Positions 12,701-24,676 of a DNA stretch of 64,000 nucleotides are shown one piece after another (within the stretch, counting starts at the first letter, position 1; each line of letters begins with the position of its first letter). The translations under genes were made by a program, and so were the position numbers. The DNA is taken from contig CM082590.2 in assembly GCA_040954595.2 (NCBI GenBank), positions 10,380,088 through 10,444,087 on the forward strand, read 5' to 3'. Below the pieces are notes generated by a model. The model did no database searches and was not told where the DNA came from. It saw only the letters and a program-made list of their open reading frames with translations. The DNA comes from Balanoglossus misakiensis. Taxonomy: Eukaryota > Animalia > Hemichordata.

Positions 12701-15579
12701 TCCACATTTGCGCCTTTCTCAAGAAGTACCTTCACTACTTCAATTTTCCCGCCATAAGATGCAGCATGAAGTGCCGAGGAAGTTATCTGAAAAGGATAAC
12801 TCTAAAGCATTAGAAGCAGACGATGTAAAAACCTACAGAAAACAATCGAAATCGCTGATAGCAACGTAGGTCATGTTGAGTTCTGAATATTCATACTTAC
12901 CAGACCGTCATAAGAGGCATTTACATCATAACCTTCGTCTAGAAGACTTTTCACCCTTCCGGCATCGCCATCTCGCGTTGCATCCAAGAGGTCCTGTGAA
13001 GAGTACAGATTAGGTGATGAGAGGGGAAACTCATCCGGACAAGTGTGATGTTTTAAAATAATCCAGAAAAATTCTGACTATAGTATAACTGAAATGCTAG
13101 CCATTTCCACAAAAGGGGCATCCCCAAAAATATCTGTTCACACAGTGGTTTCTTCTTGGTGGGTGGGCTCATATTAATATATGTCATAAAAATTATGTTA
13201 AGATTAAATATAAATTCTGTTGTCGTAACATAATGCAAACATAATATCAAATTACCATATAATATCACAAAAATGTCATTTTGTTTTTGTTTGATGGACA
13301 CTGGAGTGAAACCCTGGGTCTTTGTTTAAAGTAGACACAGTGTATCAAATGTAGCTGTCTCTAGCCAACACAACTACTGTGGTAGGGGTGACCTTTTACA
13401 GGTGCCAGTCTGTCTGTGTGTCCCTACGAGACGACTGGGGCACGTGATAGGGACAAAGTTCAGCCATATTGTTAACGAACGTTTGATGTAATGTCTTCCA
13501 GAAGTTTTAACCCTAAGTAACTGTGCCATAATAAGCTGTCTAGATTTACTCTCATGCACTAGTCTAGCTATACTCGTGGGTTCACCTAGAGTTTAACAAA
13601 AAGACTAGAGTGGATTAAACAAATAGGCCTGTATTCAACTGGCAGTTAGAAACAAAGTTGACGATTTCTCAGTACAACGGAAATTTCCAATTTTTATTCG
13701 TGCGTCTTTTCCTGCGGCCCTGTATGTCACTGTTTGCTTCATTCGGGACGTTCGCGATGCAACACCATGGTTTGACCCATATTTTCAAGGACAGTTATTT
13801 TTTCAACGAATCGTTTCCGTGAGCTGATGTAACGTTGTGCCAAGCCGTTTTTCTCCTGTTACAAGATTAGGATGTGATTATGTCGTCTTTTACAAAGTTC
13901 CTATTCACAGCTTCCCCTTCTTCAGCCTTTGAGTTTATTATTTGTTACTTCTGGCTATTTTTCACAATTTTTTAATATATTATCCAATACATATTCCATG
14001 AAACATGCCATCTTTTTTCTTGTCAACAAGTTATGTGTATGTGCAGTGAATTCAGCTGTACTGGCCTTCATGGACATTTTCGGATAAAATACAAAAATAC
14101 TAAAAAAATAGCCTGGAGTATACAAATAGTAATTTCACTTGGGAAAATATCCCTTATTAATCCGCACTCCGTGTGTGGTTGTTAGTTTAGATGTGTTGCT
14201 AAGCAAACAGCGATGACATGACGTCATTCCGGATATGCAAATCAAATTATGATAACAACAGGTCTTAGCAACGGAAGGAAGAGAAGTGTTCTGAAATCTA
14301 TCAATTCATAATATTTCCTTAAAACTTAAAGGCATGAACCTTACATTGTTTCATGGCTACGTAGAGATGACTGCAACTGTAGTCACTGAACTCACTGTCT
14401 GTACAGCCTCTTTGTACTGTTGTAGTGAACACCTTTAATGTAGTATGTGCCTCGGGTCAGATTTTCAAAACAGTAATATACCTCATATCCTTCTAATTAT
14501 TTGGCGTACTCTCAGCACAAAGGTTAAGCTCCCAACTAACCTTACATAATGAGGGTCTGTAAGGAGTCAGAAGTTCTCTAACATGAGCTAGCGATTCACA
14601 GAAGAACACAGTCAGGTAACACTTCATAAGAATTCAACTCAATATCCCAATAGAACAGCTGTAACAACAGTAGCAACAAATTTGTCGTTTATTTGGTAAT
14701 AGGTTTAGTTCACCTGAATTGACCTTCAGTCGGTTACAGACCTTTAGTGAATACTAAACAACATGTCTATGAGAAAACAAACATGAACTGTGTACTGCAG
14801 ATTTGGTACTTGACATATGGCTAGCCCTATTAGTCGTGTTGCGATTCGTTATTTGGTCCCCATTCGAATGGTACACGGGGTCCCCCTTTTCTGACAATCA
14901 AGGGTACATCAAATGAATGTGGAAGTTCGTCACCTGAGGGATTTATTGCTCAATTATTTGGGGCGGGGCGTCTTACTTTGTAAATCACTTATATCAATGC
15001 GCCAGTACAAATTACGCAATTATGTCAAGATGGAGTTGGTGTAGTCCCTGGCTGAAAAATGCACATTTGAATTGCTGGTGAGGAAATCAGATCAAAGTGA
15101 GATATTAAGGTCATCAGTCGTGTATGGAGGGAGGGTCAAACGTTAACTGAGACCACTGTGTCACCAACGTTACGCGTCGCCATGTCTTCTCCTTTAGCTT
15201 CTAATATTGTAGTCCGGGTAAGATTTATGACACGAGGTCCAGTCCACAGACAAGACATCGAAATGTTCTTCGGAAAAGGGATTCGGGGTCAAAGTTCGTC
15301 GGCTCGAGTTATTCACCCGGATACCATGAAACTCAATCAAGTCAAACACTTTACGAAACTTGAACCATCTGCAGTTAGTTAGGCCATAGTACACTCTACT
15401 GCAGGCAGTGCAGAGTTAGATGGAAATTCAGCGGATGACACCCACAGTCAAACCATAAGATATCACACTAATGACGTCACCAGGCAGGAGCGTTCTCCTT
15501 GAATTTGGCAACATTTATAAGGTTATGAGAAGGGAAATATTACACTTGTACATACCTGGGGATCTCTTCTCACCTCCAT
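6717..15579 (-). CDS. Kinase-less DAPK1-like ROCO protein: 5 ankyrin repeats, Roc GTPase, COR, death-like domain (~882 aa, 13 coding exons)
   Basis: GT-AG exons in continuous frame: 15556-15579 (MEVRRDPQ; least certain), 12901-12993, 12688-12786, 12237-12335, 11490-11588, 10840-10938 (ankyrins such as WTPLHWAALNGH and WTPLHLAA), 10424-10507, 10184-10300 (P-loop GYAEVGKTT), 9510-9746 (PTPGID, WDFAGQPEYY), 9211-9355 (ILVASRAD), 8894-9042, 8075-8257, 6717-7937 (COR PRWLC...FPRLQ...WKNG; C-terminal DYRQMADLVG...LTEW...LIRVL...MQREDA). Confidence 0.92.
9815..10070. repeat. 62-bp intronic minisatellite, ~4 copies
   Basis: GTGTAACTGCTACAATGTACATCACTGCTAACAATGTGGTTGTTACTTTGTATTACACTGTA starts at 9867, 9929 and 9991, with degenerate flanking copies. 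The same core (AACTGCTACAATGTACATCA) recurs near 55239. Confidence 0.9.
12390..12668. repeat. Compound ATAC/ATGG/ATAG microsatellite with a 12-bp period, in a ROCO intron
   Basis: Seen directly. It explains the five low-complexity ORFs called here. Confidence 0.95.
14195..14275. promoter_or_regulatory. Candidate intronic enhancer: RFX X-box-like, CRE and octamer motifs clustered
   Basis: GTTGCTAAGCAAAC, TGACGTCA, ATGCAAAT and CTTAGCAAC lie within ~80 bp in intron 1 of the ROCO gene. Motif match only. Confidence 0.3.
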
Positions 15580-16393
15580 TTCTTAACTGTGGTTATGGCA
15601 CTAGTGGCCAGGGTTCGGTGGGTAAATACATCAACTGATTCCTAGTTCTCCTGGCCTCGTGAACTAAAGCTGTTGCTTGTGTAAGCGCGTATACGGAAAT
15701 GGAAAATCCTCCAACAGGATAATGTGTATGACAGCCCTCGGGTCCGTCTCGGTCGTCTATACTGACTAGTCAGTAAATATGTGTTCTTGAGTTAATCATC
15801 AACCTAGTTTCGTCTGTGACACCTTAATAGTTGTGCGTGAACCCCGATTAGGGGTAACCCGAGTAATATTCAGAGGGCGCGGAAAGGAAATGCAAATTTC
15901 GCAATTTTTCGACCAAAGGACAATCTCGTTGGTGTACATTTTAATTGAAGCACATCTTATCCAGTTTTCACGAGGTTCTCGAAAATCGCTAGAATGATCA
16001 ACATTGCAGATACAAGTCGCAGTGAAATATATGCAGGTACATGCAATAAAATAAATCAACAGCGAATGACCGTTTCACAGAAAAAAAATCACCTCGGCAA
16101 CTTTTGGCCAGTTTCCTTTAAAGATTTTTTTTCTGTATACATTTTAATGAAACAATTATTTTTATAGGTGGTTATTTTCCTTGAAAATCTCTCCCAGATA
16201 TTAAATGGCCTATCCCTTCGGTCTGTGTGGGAGAAATGTTCCCTCAGACTGGTTTGTGATATATGGTGGCCTGGTTGATCCGACGTCTTCTTGTGAATAC
16301 CGCCGGATATGACATCATTGCGTCGATGTCCATGTATGGGTTGGTCCTCTGTGATGCACTGGGCCCCGTCTAATAAATTTTTTATAGTCTCAC

Positions 16394-16419
16394 CATAGAC
16401 CCTAGAGAAAGGGTCTATG
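16394..16419. mobile_element. 26-bp palindromic mini-element with a 7-bp target-site duplication (P-element-type termini)
   Basis: CATAGACCCT-AGAGAA-AGGGTCTATG (perfect 10-bp inverted repeat), flanked by GTCTCAC at 16387-16393 and 16420-16426. Confidence 0.7.
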
Positions 16420-18595
16420 GTCTCACCGACTTCACCAACAGAGACCAAGTAACATTCCGCCCTCAACTTTCAATGTTGCAAATAAAACACACTCACTTCG
16501 CATACATAAGATACAACCAAACGGTCTGACCTCATCGACATCCGAACACATTAGGACCAGACTACACTGGGCAATTAAAAACGTCAGTCAGACAGATATA
16601 TAGCAGAATACAAAGTCCATCAATGTGTGCGTCATTGAGTTGCCATTAGCAACCGTTTCCGACATCATATCTTCTGCAAACAAGTATTTTTTATGTGGGG
16701 TTTCCATTTGGGGTTTTGAGTTAGTGTTAGATTGCATGAGTGTCGTTGGTAATTTTGAAGACATCTTCAAATGTCATGAAGTTCAACTTTATTATAAAGG
16801 TAACCACCTGAGTTAAATTCCTCTGATACTGACAAATGAACCAAAAAAGCCACCACGTGTACTTATCGTGTGGACATCTGTGTACACATTATCACTATTT
16901 TGTAAACAAGATGTGCCACTTAAATAAAACTTGCGTGAGGTAGTTTCATGTGATAAATACATTCGCAGCTTGCAGGCATACCGGGCTTGGTTGTAGCACC
17001 TGTCTCTGTTACCTGGCTGAATTCTATACATCGGGAATCACGCGAGTACATGTAAGAGTGTGTTCGCGTAAATTCCCACCTGTTGAGTCGACCAAGAGTG
17101 CATAGTCACATAATTCGATGTAGTTCCAAAATTATGGACGCAGAACCCTGGATATCGCATAGGCCTATTTGACCATGGTTTGACCACTGCACACATGGTG
17201 CAGATAAATGTTCCCACTTGAGTCAAAATTGTCCAGTTAGGGTAAAACAAGCCAATTTTTCTTGCATTTGTGGGCAACCTTTACTGACAGAGGTCACGAG
17301 ATAAGCATACTCGATAGAGGACACATCATTGTCTACTCCCTGTTCATGTACTCATCATGACGATCATTTGTCAAACTAGCTGGGTCTAAAATTCTGTCAT
17401 TGGTTAATGAAAAGTTTCCATTGTTCAATCTTGTCAACAAGATGTTACGATAAGTCAATTGTAACATGGAGGGCCGTGACCTTAGAGGTGATCGCTATAG
17501 TTCTGATCCTGTTGTTGTCAAGGAAACAAAGTTGTTATTTGTTTCTGTACTACGATTAACGATAGGATCACATCAACCATTGTTAGGCCTACAGGTGTGA
17601 TTTGGATGCGACAAGTAGAACCTTCTCGGTCACCTTCATGTGATCTCGACCTTTAATCGTTATTTGTTGTGAGTGGACGTTCTCCAGTCGTCCAGCTTGT
17701 GGTAGATTTCCTCAGGAAAGTTGAAGTAATAAAGATTAACCCCCTTGGAGCACTTCCTTAAACGTTCTGTCTTCATGTCCGTGATGTTATAAATGATGCC
17801 TATTAAAGAGAATTAAATTCTACTTAAAAATCTAGCACGTTGGAAATCACGCCATGCCAAGCTCTTAAACTGTATCAATAGCTTCCATGGTCGAGGTGAA
17901 TTCCAAATCTCCAAAACTAAACCCAAAGCTTCTTTTTAAACAGTAAATTAGTTCTGTATACCACTGTAAAATGTAAAACATTTTTTCCCAATACAAAATG
18001 TCACAGTAAATGATATAGAACGACACTTTAGGGTTTTAATAGTTGATTTATTCTGGCTGAACTTTATTTTTCGACAACGGTACTTGCTAGAATGGCTCTC
18101 TGCAATCCTATTGCCTGTCCGATTTTTTTTTTTTTTATTTTCACGGGTCTATTAGGTTATATTTTAGTTGTGCAAAAATGATTGACACTATAACTGGATC
18201 GATCAGAACCATATCGCGAATGATCTTGTGTTAGGGGGCCCGAGTTTTCAGTCCAAGTTTTGGCCACAGCGTCCTCTATAGGCAATATATAGAGAACAAG
18301 GAAGTAGGTGTAAGTTAATATATCTGTTTACACTAAAGATAATAACGAGAGTTTCGATTAAGAGTTATAAAGTTACTATTTAAGGCGTTGTGGGCAGTCG
18401 GGTACTGCTATGACTAGACGTCATTACACAGCAGAAAGACAGGGAGCGTGGACGAGATTGGTGAGGCTGGTTGAGCGAATACAATCGACTATGACCACTA
18501 GTACTTACTGTATTATAAAGTTTTTATTACTCTGAAACTTTAACATCAGTCGCACTGGGTAGATTTCAAATGAAATCGCAAGAACTGTGAGTGAC

Positions 18596-21165
18596 ATGGA
18601 TGAAAAGAAAGTCGTTATGATTGCAGTGTACATTGCTGTACAGTTAATGTACATTCACTTCAAGTTTGTCATCTCTGATCGATTGCCGGTTGGACCTGTT
18701 GATCAGAATACTCCAAATGCATGTTTATGGGAAGAAAAAAGGTAAGACACGTAGGATATGGTTTAAACCAGGAAATTGCATTTGATACGCACAACAAAAC
18801 ACTGGAAATAAATATCCCTTCACCTGATTGTACATATGATTTTATCCTCAGGGACTCGGAACAATATCGTTGTTGTGATGGATATTATTTACTTGAACTT
18901 GAAGGAAAGTGTGAAGGTAAGTGTATTCAGGTACATGTATTTGTATGTTAAAATATATGTCTCAAAATCATGTACAGTTTATGATGACTGCATAGGGGTG
19001 CTGACTAGTAATATTTGACCTTTTTTGGTATGATTTAACATTAACAATTTAATATCTTTACTACATGTATTAACAGGATGCCCTAAAGATAGATATGGTT
19101 ATGGTTGTGAAGAGTTATGCCAGTGCCAGAGCTATGAAGAGTGTGATTCTAGAAATGGATTCTGTCATTGTCCAGGAGGGGAGTTGTGTCTCGGTGGCTG
19201 CTGCTTTAACCATGGTTGGTGTGGAAATTCTGGAGAATGCTTGTGTGTGTTAGGTTGGAAAGGAGACGGATGTACAGACTGTGATCAAAGTGAGAGATAT
19301 GACGACGGCAGAGGACCATTCTGTGCCCCTAGATGTTTACATTGCACCAATGGCGAGACATGTGATATAGGCAAACCTGGTGATTGTAAATGTACTGCTG
19401 GTTGGGCAGGAGGCAGATGTGACACCCGATGTGACTTCGGTTACTTTGGTGAAAACTGTCAATCACAGTGTGAGTGTAGTGATAAAATGCAATGTGATGC
19501 ACAGTTTGGATGTGTATGCCTTGATGGGGAAGACTGTTTTTCACCAAGTAAGTATGAAACTTAAAATTGGCTGTTGTTACAGTCGTGAAGAGTGTGGTGG
19601 CCGTCTTCAGGCCAGCTTCTTTGTGATACCCTCAATCTTTTCTGAAAATCTTTGTTTAAGTCTGGAGTGAGGAGATGACTCATTTGGAAGGCTATAATTC
19701 TGATCTGTACTTTACTTACCAGTTATTACTTTCACGTTCCATAATAGGTAATACTGTAGTGCCAGAAACCACAAAACCAACAGAGAAAAATACCGAGAGT
19801 GGGGAAGATGACACAAGCAGGATCACCAGCAGCCAGGAAGCAGACACCACCACCACCACACAGGAACAGGAAATGGGAACAACCACACCTAGTGGTGCCC
19901 AAGTTCAAGGGACACAGACCTTGATACCAGTGGTCATTGGTGGTGGTGTTGTTTTACTAGTGGTACTTGTGGTTATCGCAGTGCTAATCTTTGTGTGTCT
20001 CAGAAGAAAATCAGCAAGTACTAAACGGTAAGATATTTGGAAGTTTATGTTTTCCAACTCACTGAGTTGGTATGGTTTCATGACTCTATCGGTGTTGTGC
20101 TAGTATTTTCTGCTTTGTCTATATGCCTGCTTTGACTATGGCATTGAAATGATTTACAGCACCTGACTTTAACCCTTTCACCCCCAGTTCACTGTTTAGA
20201 GTTCCAACCTTACCATAGAAAACAATGGGTTTGGACTGAACCATGGTGGTGAAAGGGTTAAAAATCAACAGGGGTGTCAGCAGATTATGAAATTCATACC
20301 ACATAATGTGACTTTCATTGTATTTTCCAGACAAGTTCATTACGAGAACGTCGACAGGGCAATACAGAGAACAGACACTATAGAAATGGCAGGTGAGACA
20401 TTCATGCTATTCTTGAGAACAAAAACTAACAAAATTGCATTTTTTTGACACCACAACGTAACATCAACCAAGTATCCTTCAAGTTTATTTATCAAAGTCG
20501 CTGAAATGTTGATATTATTTTGTTTGTTTCAGGCAATAAGTAGCAACAACAACAAAATAAAATCAGTTTCCAAATAACCAAAGATGTATATTTTTTTCTA
20601 CATAGGGAATTCAAGTGATCCTAATGTCTATGAGTTGACTGATCTACCAGAAGAAACTCCAGCTCCTGACTTTTCCAGGTTTGGTCAAAGTGACCACACC
20701 TCAGGGAACAACACAGGAATGCCGGAATATGCGCAGGTCATGAAGCCCAAAAAGGAGAGAAAACAGGAAAAGAATCATGCCAAGTCGGGAAATGCAGCGA
20801 CGCAAGGATACTCAGAGATTGGCCAGTTTCAGGATGAACTGCCACCAAATATACACTACTACACACTGGAGGAAGTAGATAACACATCAACAGGTGAACA
20901 AACTTCTGCTTTGGACTCTTCCACTTCCGGTGTAGGGGAGGAAGAGGACCAAAATGATCCAGCGTACAATGTGGTAGACCGCACAGGAAAGTTGTACAAA
21001 CCGAAACTGAAAGAAGACGTAGATTATGACACACTGTATACTGGGACAGTAGATGAACCGTCAAACACGGAGACAACTGACTATAACAAATTGGATTTTG
21101 GCCCGAAACGTCTTCCATCGAATACGGACACTGGTGTCGAGTACACTGACCACTTGAGATTGTAA
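18596..21165 (+). CDS. Type I membrane receptor with EMI-like CCxGY motif and EGF/laminin-EGF repeats (Draper/MEGF10/SCARF-like), ~527 aa, 6 exons
   Basis: Exons 18596-18741 (hydrophobic signal-like N-terminus), 18852-18916 (YRCCDGY), 19077-19547 (CPKDRYGYGCEELCQC..., CDFGYFGENCQSQCEC), 19748-20027 (Thr-rich stalk, TM VVIGGGVVLLVVLVVIAVLIFVCL, then RRK), 20331-20392 (HYENV), 20606-21165 (cytoplasmic tail). All phases are consistent. Confidence 0.9.
20173..20257. mobile_element. ~85-bp piggyBac-type MITE in an intron
   Basis: TTAA-CCCTTTCACC...GGTGAAAGGG-TTAA. A partial related end (GATGAAAGGGTTAA) lies at ~23295-23308. Confidence 0.75.
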
Positions 21166-22012
21166 AACTTCACTGCAAAACTGTCTTCCATCATAACAAC
21201 ATGCCACTCTTGGGGTTGGTCAGTTTTACAGAACTACTACTATGCACTGACATAAACACAGATAATACTATTTCTTCAAATTTTGTATTTTAACAAAATA
21301 AGATTTCAGAATTTACAAGTTTATTTACCTAACAACCACTACTTTATTGATTATGTTAGGGTATCACAGAGAGACAATGATTATGTATAAAATTAAGTAT
21401 ACATGTGTATATTCTGGAAGCTGACATATTTTATTTTATATGAGAAATATCAAACAGATTTTACTTTTATATTAATCAGGAACTTCATATATAAATCTGT
21501 ATATTTAAACCAGAGATGTAAAGCCTTTTTTATGCAGAAAAAATTGTATATTATTTCAGGGTGAAATCATTCAGCATTAAAGTTGATTTTGATTATTTTA
21601 TCAAAGAAGGAAGAGTTAAACTCTACATGTTTCTGAATCAGTTGATTGATTGACCAATCAATCAAGGGTGCATACAGTGCCAACATTATACCTTTTTTTG
21701 CTCCCTGAAAATCAATGGGACATAACAATCATCTTTACATAAAACAAGAACTTTATTTGATCATATATTTTGTTCAACAAGCACTATGATAACAATGCTC
21801 TAAAATTCATCAGTAAACATTTACAATTCACAATTTCATATCATGCCATAGAAAAAAGTGAATAATTCATCGATGTAGTAACTGTATAAAATTTGACTGT
21901 TTTGACTATTTTTGTTGTGCATCAACTGCAACTCGTATTGTGCTTGCAGATAAAAAAATACTGAATAGTTTGTCAATAGTTATATTAGAGTATGTCTGGA
22001 CTATCGTCAAAA

Positions 22013-24519
22013 TTAGGCATATTTCTTCTCGAGCCGTTCCTTGTGAGCATTGGTGATACTGTAGAGACCGACAAGTGATGCTATCGTCCCGAAGAACCCG
22101 ACAGATGTCAGTCCAAATTTTCCAGACCACAGGAACCCCTCCGGACACCAGTTTACAGCATTTGCCAGATCCGCGCAGTTGCGGAGAAGATCCAGCCATG
22201 TCTTTTGTTTGTTCGCTTTCACGGCTCGTAGACTGTCCTCCAGTGATTGTATAGCTTCAGTACTGTCTTCCCTGTGAGCGAAAAACATTATCATTGATTG
22301 TTTCATGAATTCTCTTTTACAGACCTCACCAACATGTCTCTTACGATAAGGGTAATAAACACTGTAAGATCCCAGACTATTCTAGTTTCCTGTCCTTTGT
22401 GAATTGCCAAGAACCGAAACTTTTGACTTCTTTCTTTTCAGTCAGGACTTATATCCATTGACCATTGTTGTCGATTTGGCAGCTAGTAGGTTTATATTTG
22501 CCTATATAGCTTCCTGTTTCACCTTCACTGATCCAAACCAATTGAATTTAGACACATTTATTACCTCAGCTTTGCTCCATTTAATTCTTGCACCAGACCC
22601 TTTTCCTTTCTTTTCAATTTTACCATTTGTCGAAGTGATCTGAAACAAAGAAAGAGCCACAATTTATAAAGAAAAACATTGAATACTTATCTCAAGTTTA
22701 CAGGGAGCCAAAATTCTCTTTTATGATACAAAAGTAAAGGAAAGACATTGTTGGATTCCCCAATACATGTCTCAAAGGTCAGATTGTCAAATTACTCAGC
22801 TAATAGTCACTTTAGAAAGAGCTGTATATCAGATTTCTTCATATCAGTGAGTGGAGTGTAAAACTATGTGTGGTATGTTAATAGTGGTTGCTCGCTTGCT
22901 TGCTGTAGTTTAGTGCCCTCAATGTCTGCAACTTGTTCACTTTGTTTTTCTTTATAAACCATTGTGAGCTAGGGAGTTTTTGCAGGTTGTAAATATATGC
23001 TCCTTGATGAACATTTAAGTCTTACATGATAATTCCTATGGTCAGAGAGATAGCCCACACAATGACCGAAGCATCCATCCATCGGTTTGTTGACTTCATC
23101 TGCACAATCTTCTTTTCACCCAACCAGGCTATGTGTTCTAACGGATAGAATGATTGGTCGAAAAAGTTCTTTGCCACACTAAGCCATCTCACGATTGGAT
23201 CTCTTTCCTGCCAATGAAAAAAATAAATTATAGATGTCAGTCATAGATCTCTATATTGAGGTCCCACTTTATCATAGACAAAAATAGACCATGTTGATGA
23301 AAGGGTTAAAATTAGAAAGACCATGTTCTCATCTGTATTTCTGACACCACACTAATTAACATGTACAATTTATCACTAAGTAAAAAAAAATATGCAAACA
23401 TAGGCTACGTGGCAAAAGGGGACCCAAATAATAGCCAAATGCTGGCTAGCATATCAGCCTTGTATGGATGCTTGCTCTAAATAATCCAGTGTTTTAATCA
23501 GGCCTGCATTTATACATTACATCACAATATGTACATATGAACTGTTTATTTCACTTTCTGTTTGTGTTTAGTAAGTTTCTGACCACTATGTTTGAATATC
23601 AACTTTGAAGATGAAAACAACATCACTTTTCCACCAATTCGTTTCATGGGAACTGGGAATGAGGTAACACCTCTCATTACCCTGATACTGTACATGCAAG
23701 AATGAATATATTTAATGCAAATCTTGACCAAACTTTTCCTCAGGTTCCACAATGCATTGCGCTTCCATGAAATTGAGCAGACGACAAATTTCAAGTTCAC
23801 GTTCCGTCGTCTGCTTTCGGCTGGATTTATGGCTTGGACTCTCAATATGGAGCAAAACAACGACTGTTGCAGCGCACCTCAGCGTTTTATAACCCTAACC
23901 GAGGAAAATATTATGTCCTGACTGGCCTGTGGTGTGAAATATTTCGTGTTTGAGCAGAAACTAGTCTCGGAATGATGTGGCAAAAAAAGTTTGGCAACAC
24001 GTGTACAGAAGAACATGGACGCGTCCATTACAGTACTGAAACCAACACGGCCAATTTGGAGCAAGTGTGTGTTCATTTTCTCGTCGCAAATGCTTTGACT
24101 ATTATACCACAAAGAATGGAGGTCTGTTCTGCCTCCGTGAACATATCTTCCGTGCTTGAACGGGTCCACGAAAGCCGTCAGGAATGGGGGTACTCCATGA
24201 AGTGAAACAGACAAGGTCGTTGTTCATATCAGACCTCACGAAGAAACCGACAACATGCGACCTGAAAATGGGGATTACATCTTACCTGTTTACCTAGCCC
24301 ATAGCTAAGAGTATATGCAAGCATAGGTAAGTCATCGAATAACCTGAGTACAGTCCTAGCAGCGGAGAAACTCCCCGCAGCGATTTGTAAACTCTGAGAG
24401 AGAGGTTTCTTGTTGGTTTTCTGAGCGACGCCTGCTGCTAGCAAAGCAGCATAGGTAGCTGTTCGGATAACTTTGTCCTTTCCGCGATAGCTTTCCAGGA
24501 TACTGACTGCTAATTCCAT
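22013..24519 (-). CDS. PEX11G: Peroxisomal membrane protein 11 gamma (PEX11C-like), ~249 aa, 4 exons
   Basis: Exons 24286-24519 (MELAVSILESYRGKDKVIRTATY...RTVLRLFDDLPMLAYTLSYGLG), 23026-23207 (DQSFYPLEHIAW), 22565-22639, 22013-22271 (ADLANAVNWCPEGFLWSGKF...VGFFGTIASLVGLY). The motifs are characteristic of the PEX11-gamma subfamily. Confidence 0.93.
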
Positions 24520-24624
24520 GATTTCCAGCTGTACATGTTCCCCACCAAGGAAAATGTACGCGATGTGATCATATGTTAGTAGTTTGTACCCTGGACCCAC
24601 AAGACCAGCTTGTAAACACAACTG

Positions 24625-24676
24625 TGGTGACCTTTCGACTCACGTGACACACAAGGTAAAGGAACTATGACCTCAA
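24625..24676 (-). promoter_or_regulatory. Candidate PEX11G proximal promoter (E-box and nuclear-receptor half-sites)
   Basis: TCACGTGAC at ~24640, flanked by two TGACCT half-sites, ~110-155 bp upstream of the ATG. Motif match only. Confidence 0.3.

Noticed and set aside
14830-15400. Separate small gene in ROCO intron 1
   Set aside because: Short ORFs with no recognisable domain and no consistent exon chain.
23546-24214. Nested ORFs in PEX11G intron 1
   Set aside because: Short, overlapping on both strands, and without recognisable motifs.
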